A model generated the notes under the pieces. That model made no database searches and was not told the origin of the DNA. It worked only from the letters and a program-made list of their open reading frames with translations. A stretch of 64,000 nt of DNA from Lama guanicoe. Lineage: Eukaryota. Positions 62,000 through 64,000 of this stretch are shown here, piece after piece. Each line of letters opens with the position of its first letter. The stretch's first letter is position 1. The DNA is taken from NCBI GenBank assembly GCA_013239625.1, contig MU053365.1:1274115-1338114 (forward strand), given 5' to 3'. Made by a program: the position numbers and the translations under genes.

Positions 62000-63916
62000 C
62001 ATAGTCTTGGAAGTCCTAGCCACAGCAATCAGGCAAAAGAGAGCAATAAAAGGGATCCAAATTGTAAAAGAAGAGGTAAAAGTGTCACTATATGCAGATG
62101 ACATGATACTATATATAGAAAACCCTAAAGGGCCCACACAAAAACTACTAGAGCTGATCGAAGAATTCAGCAAGGTAGCAGGTTATAAAATTGATGTACA
62201 AAAATCACTTGCATTTCTTTACACTAAGAATGAATCAACAGGAAAAGAAAGTAAAGAAACAACTCCTTTTAAAATAGCACCCAAAATAATAAAATACCTA
62301 GGAATAAATCTAACCAAGGACATGAAAGACTTATACATGGAGAACTATAAAACACTAATGAAGGAAATTAAAGAAGACTTAAAAAGATGGAAGGATATCC
62401 CATGCTCCTGGATTGGAAGAATCAATATTCTTAAAATGGTCATACTGCCCGAGGCAATCTACAGATTTAATGCAATCCCTATCAAATTACCCAGGACATA
62501 TTTCACAGAACTAGAACAAATCATAATAAAATTTATATGAAATCACAAAAGACCTAGAATTGCCAAAGCAATACTGAAAAGAAAGAAAGAGGCTGGAGGA
62601 ATAACTCTCCCAGACTTCAGACAATACTATACAGCTACAGTCATCAAAACAGCATGGTATTGGTACAAAAAGAGACATATGGACCAATGGAACAAAACAG
62701 AGAGCCCAGAAATGAACCCACAAACTTTTGGTCAACTCATCTTCAACAAAGGAATATACAATGGAATAAAGACAGTCTCTTCAGCAAAAGGTGTTGGGAA
62801 AACTGGACAGCAGCATGTAAATCCGTGAAACTAAACACTCCCTTACACCATACACAAAAATCAACTCAAAATGATCAAAGACTTAAAAATAAGACAAGAT
62901 AAAATAAACCTTCTAGAAGAAAATATAGGCAAAACATTATCTGACATACATCTAAAGAATGTTCTCCTAGGGCAGTCTACCCAAGCAATAGAAATAAAAG
63001 CAAGAATAAGCAAATGGGACCTAATGAAACTTACAAGCTCTGCAGAGCAAAGGAAACCAGAAATAAAACAAGAAGAAAACCTACAGAATGGGAGAAAATT
63101 TTTGCAAGTGAAACCGACAAAGGCTTGATCTCCAAAATATATAAGCAGCTCATACGACTCAATAAGAAAAAAATAAACAACCCAATCCAAAAATGGGCAG
63201 AAGACCTAAACAAGCAATTCTCCAAGGAAGACATACAAATGATCAAAAAGCACATGAAAAAATGCTCAATATCACTAATTATCAGAGAAATGCAAATCAA
63301 AACTACAATGAGGTATCACCTCACACCAGTCAGAATGGCCGTCATTCAAAAATCCAAAAATGACAAATGCTGGAGAGGCTGTGGAGAAAGGGGAACCCTC
63401 CTACACTGCTGGTGGGAATGCAGTTTGGTGCAGCCACTNNNNNNNNNNNNNNNNNNNNNNNNNNNNNNNNNNNNNNNNNNNNNNNNNNNNNNNNNNNNNN
63501 NNNNNNNNNNNNNNNNNNNNNNNNNNNNNNNNNNNNNNNNNNNNNNNNNNNNNNNNNNNNNNTAGCATATGATTCATATGTGGAACCAAAAAAAAAAAAA
63601 GAATATAAATACAAAAAAGAAACTGACTCATAGACATAGAATACAAACTTGTGGTTGTCAAGGGGGTTGGGGGTGGGAAGGGACAGACTGGGAGTTCAAA
63701 ATTTGTAGATACTGACAGGCATATGTAGAATAGATAAACAAGATTATACCGTACAGCACAGGGAAATATATACAAGATCTTATGGTAGCTCAAAGCAAAA
63801 AAGAATGTGACAATGAAAATATGTATGTTCATGTATAACTGAAAAATTGTGCTCTACACTGGAAATTGACATAGCATTGTAAAATGACTATAACTCAATA
63901 AAAAATATAAAAAGGA
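62000..63916 (+). mobile_element. 5'-truncated LINE-1: disrupted ORF2 (RT to C-terminus), 3' UTR, polyA
   Basis: ORFs 61986-62540 (NIVLEVLA...LYADDMILY...KYLGINLT...PCSWIGR) and 63014 onward ([21 protein letters not shown]...[16 protein letters not shown]); stops and frameshifts; AATAAA at 63897 then A-rich tail. Confidence 0.97.
63439..63562. other. Assembly gap (124 N)
   Basis: Read directly. Confidence 1.
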
Positions 63917-63969
63917 AGAATGTTACATTGTGAGAATAGAACAAAACCCTAGTGAATCAATTATATAAA
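63917..63969 (+). repeat. Right copy of the 53-bp imperfect direct repeat flanking the L1
   Basis: Begins immediately after the L1 A-rich tail; 47 of 53 identical to 61947-61999. Confidence 0.9.
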
Positions 63970-64000
63970 TGAATATATAATATTAAAATATTATATCTAT

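Noticed and set aside
61986..63565. Reverse-transcriptase ORFs (YADD) as a novel RT system
   Set aside because: Ordinary 5'-truncated L1 ORF2 with stops and frameshifts; ORFs crossing the N run are artefacts.
1..64000. CRISPR arrays, operons, prokaryotic or phage systems, NUMTs, non-retroviral viral inserts
   Set aside because: The sequence is mammalian repeat-rich DNA; I saw no regularly spaced repeats, dense coding, or mitochondrial or viral protein similarity.

Overview
This is eutherian nuclear DNA, most likely from a camelid (camel, alpaca or llama). Two tRNA-Ala-derived SINEs with an AT-rich tail fit the camelid vic-1 type, and I saw no Alu, Bov-A/BovB, PRE-1 or Can-SINE. The window is CpG-poor, repeat-rich and intergenic or intronic, with no intact protein-coding gene, RNA gene or CpG island that I can recognise. 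Most listed ORFs are repeat-derived or chance. Ancient repeats include L2, MIR, MaLR/MLT1, Gypsy-type LTRs and hAT elements (MER3, MER5, MER33, MER58, MER115, plus a ~2.4 kb Blackjack-type transposase fossil). Younger insertions are L1 3' ends, SINEs and a cluster of four solo ERV LTRs at 52.5-59.0 kb, two of them MER41-like and inverted relative to each other. The most notable observations are: (1) an L1 flanked by a 53-bp imperfect direct repeat, possibly an unusually long target-site duplication (TSD); (2) MER41-like LTRs whose STAT1 GAS position reads as a STAT6-type TTC-N4-GAA motif; (3) a possible decayed ~190-codon ORF at 7.4-8.0 kb behind strong splice signals. I found no convincing new biological system. 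Repeat family names come from remembered consensus sequences, and boundaries without a stated TSD are approximate.
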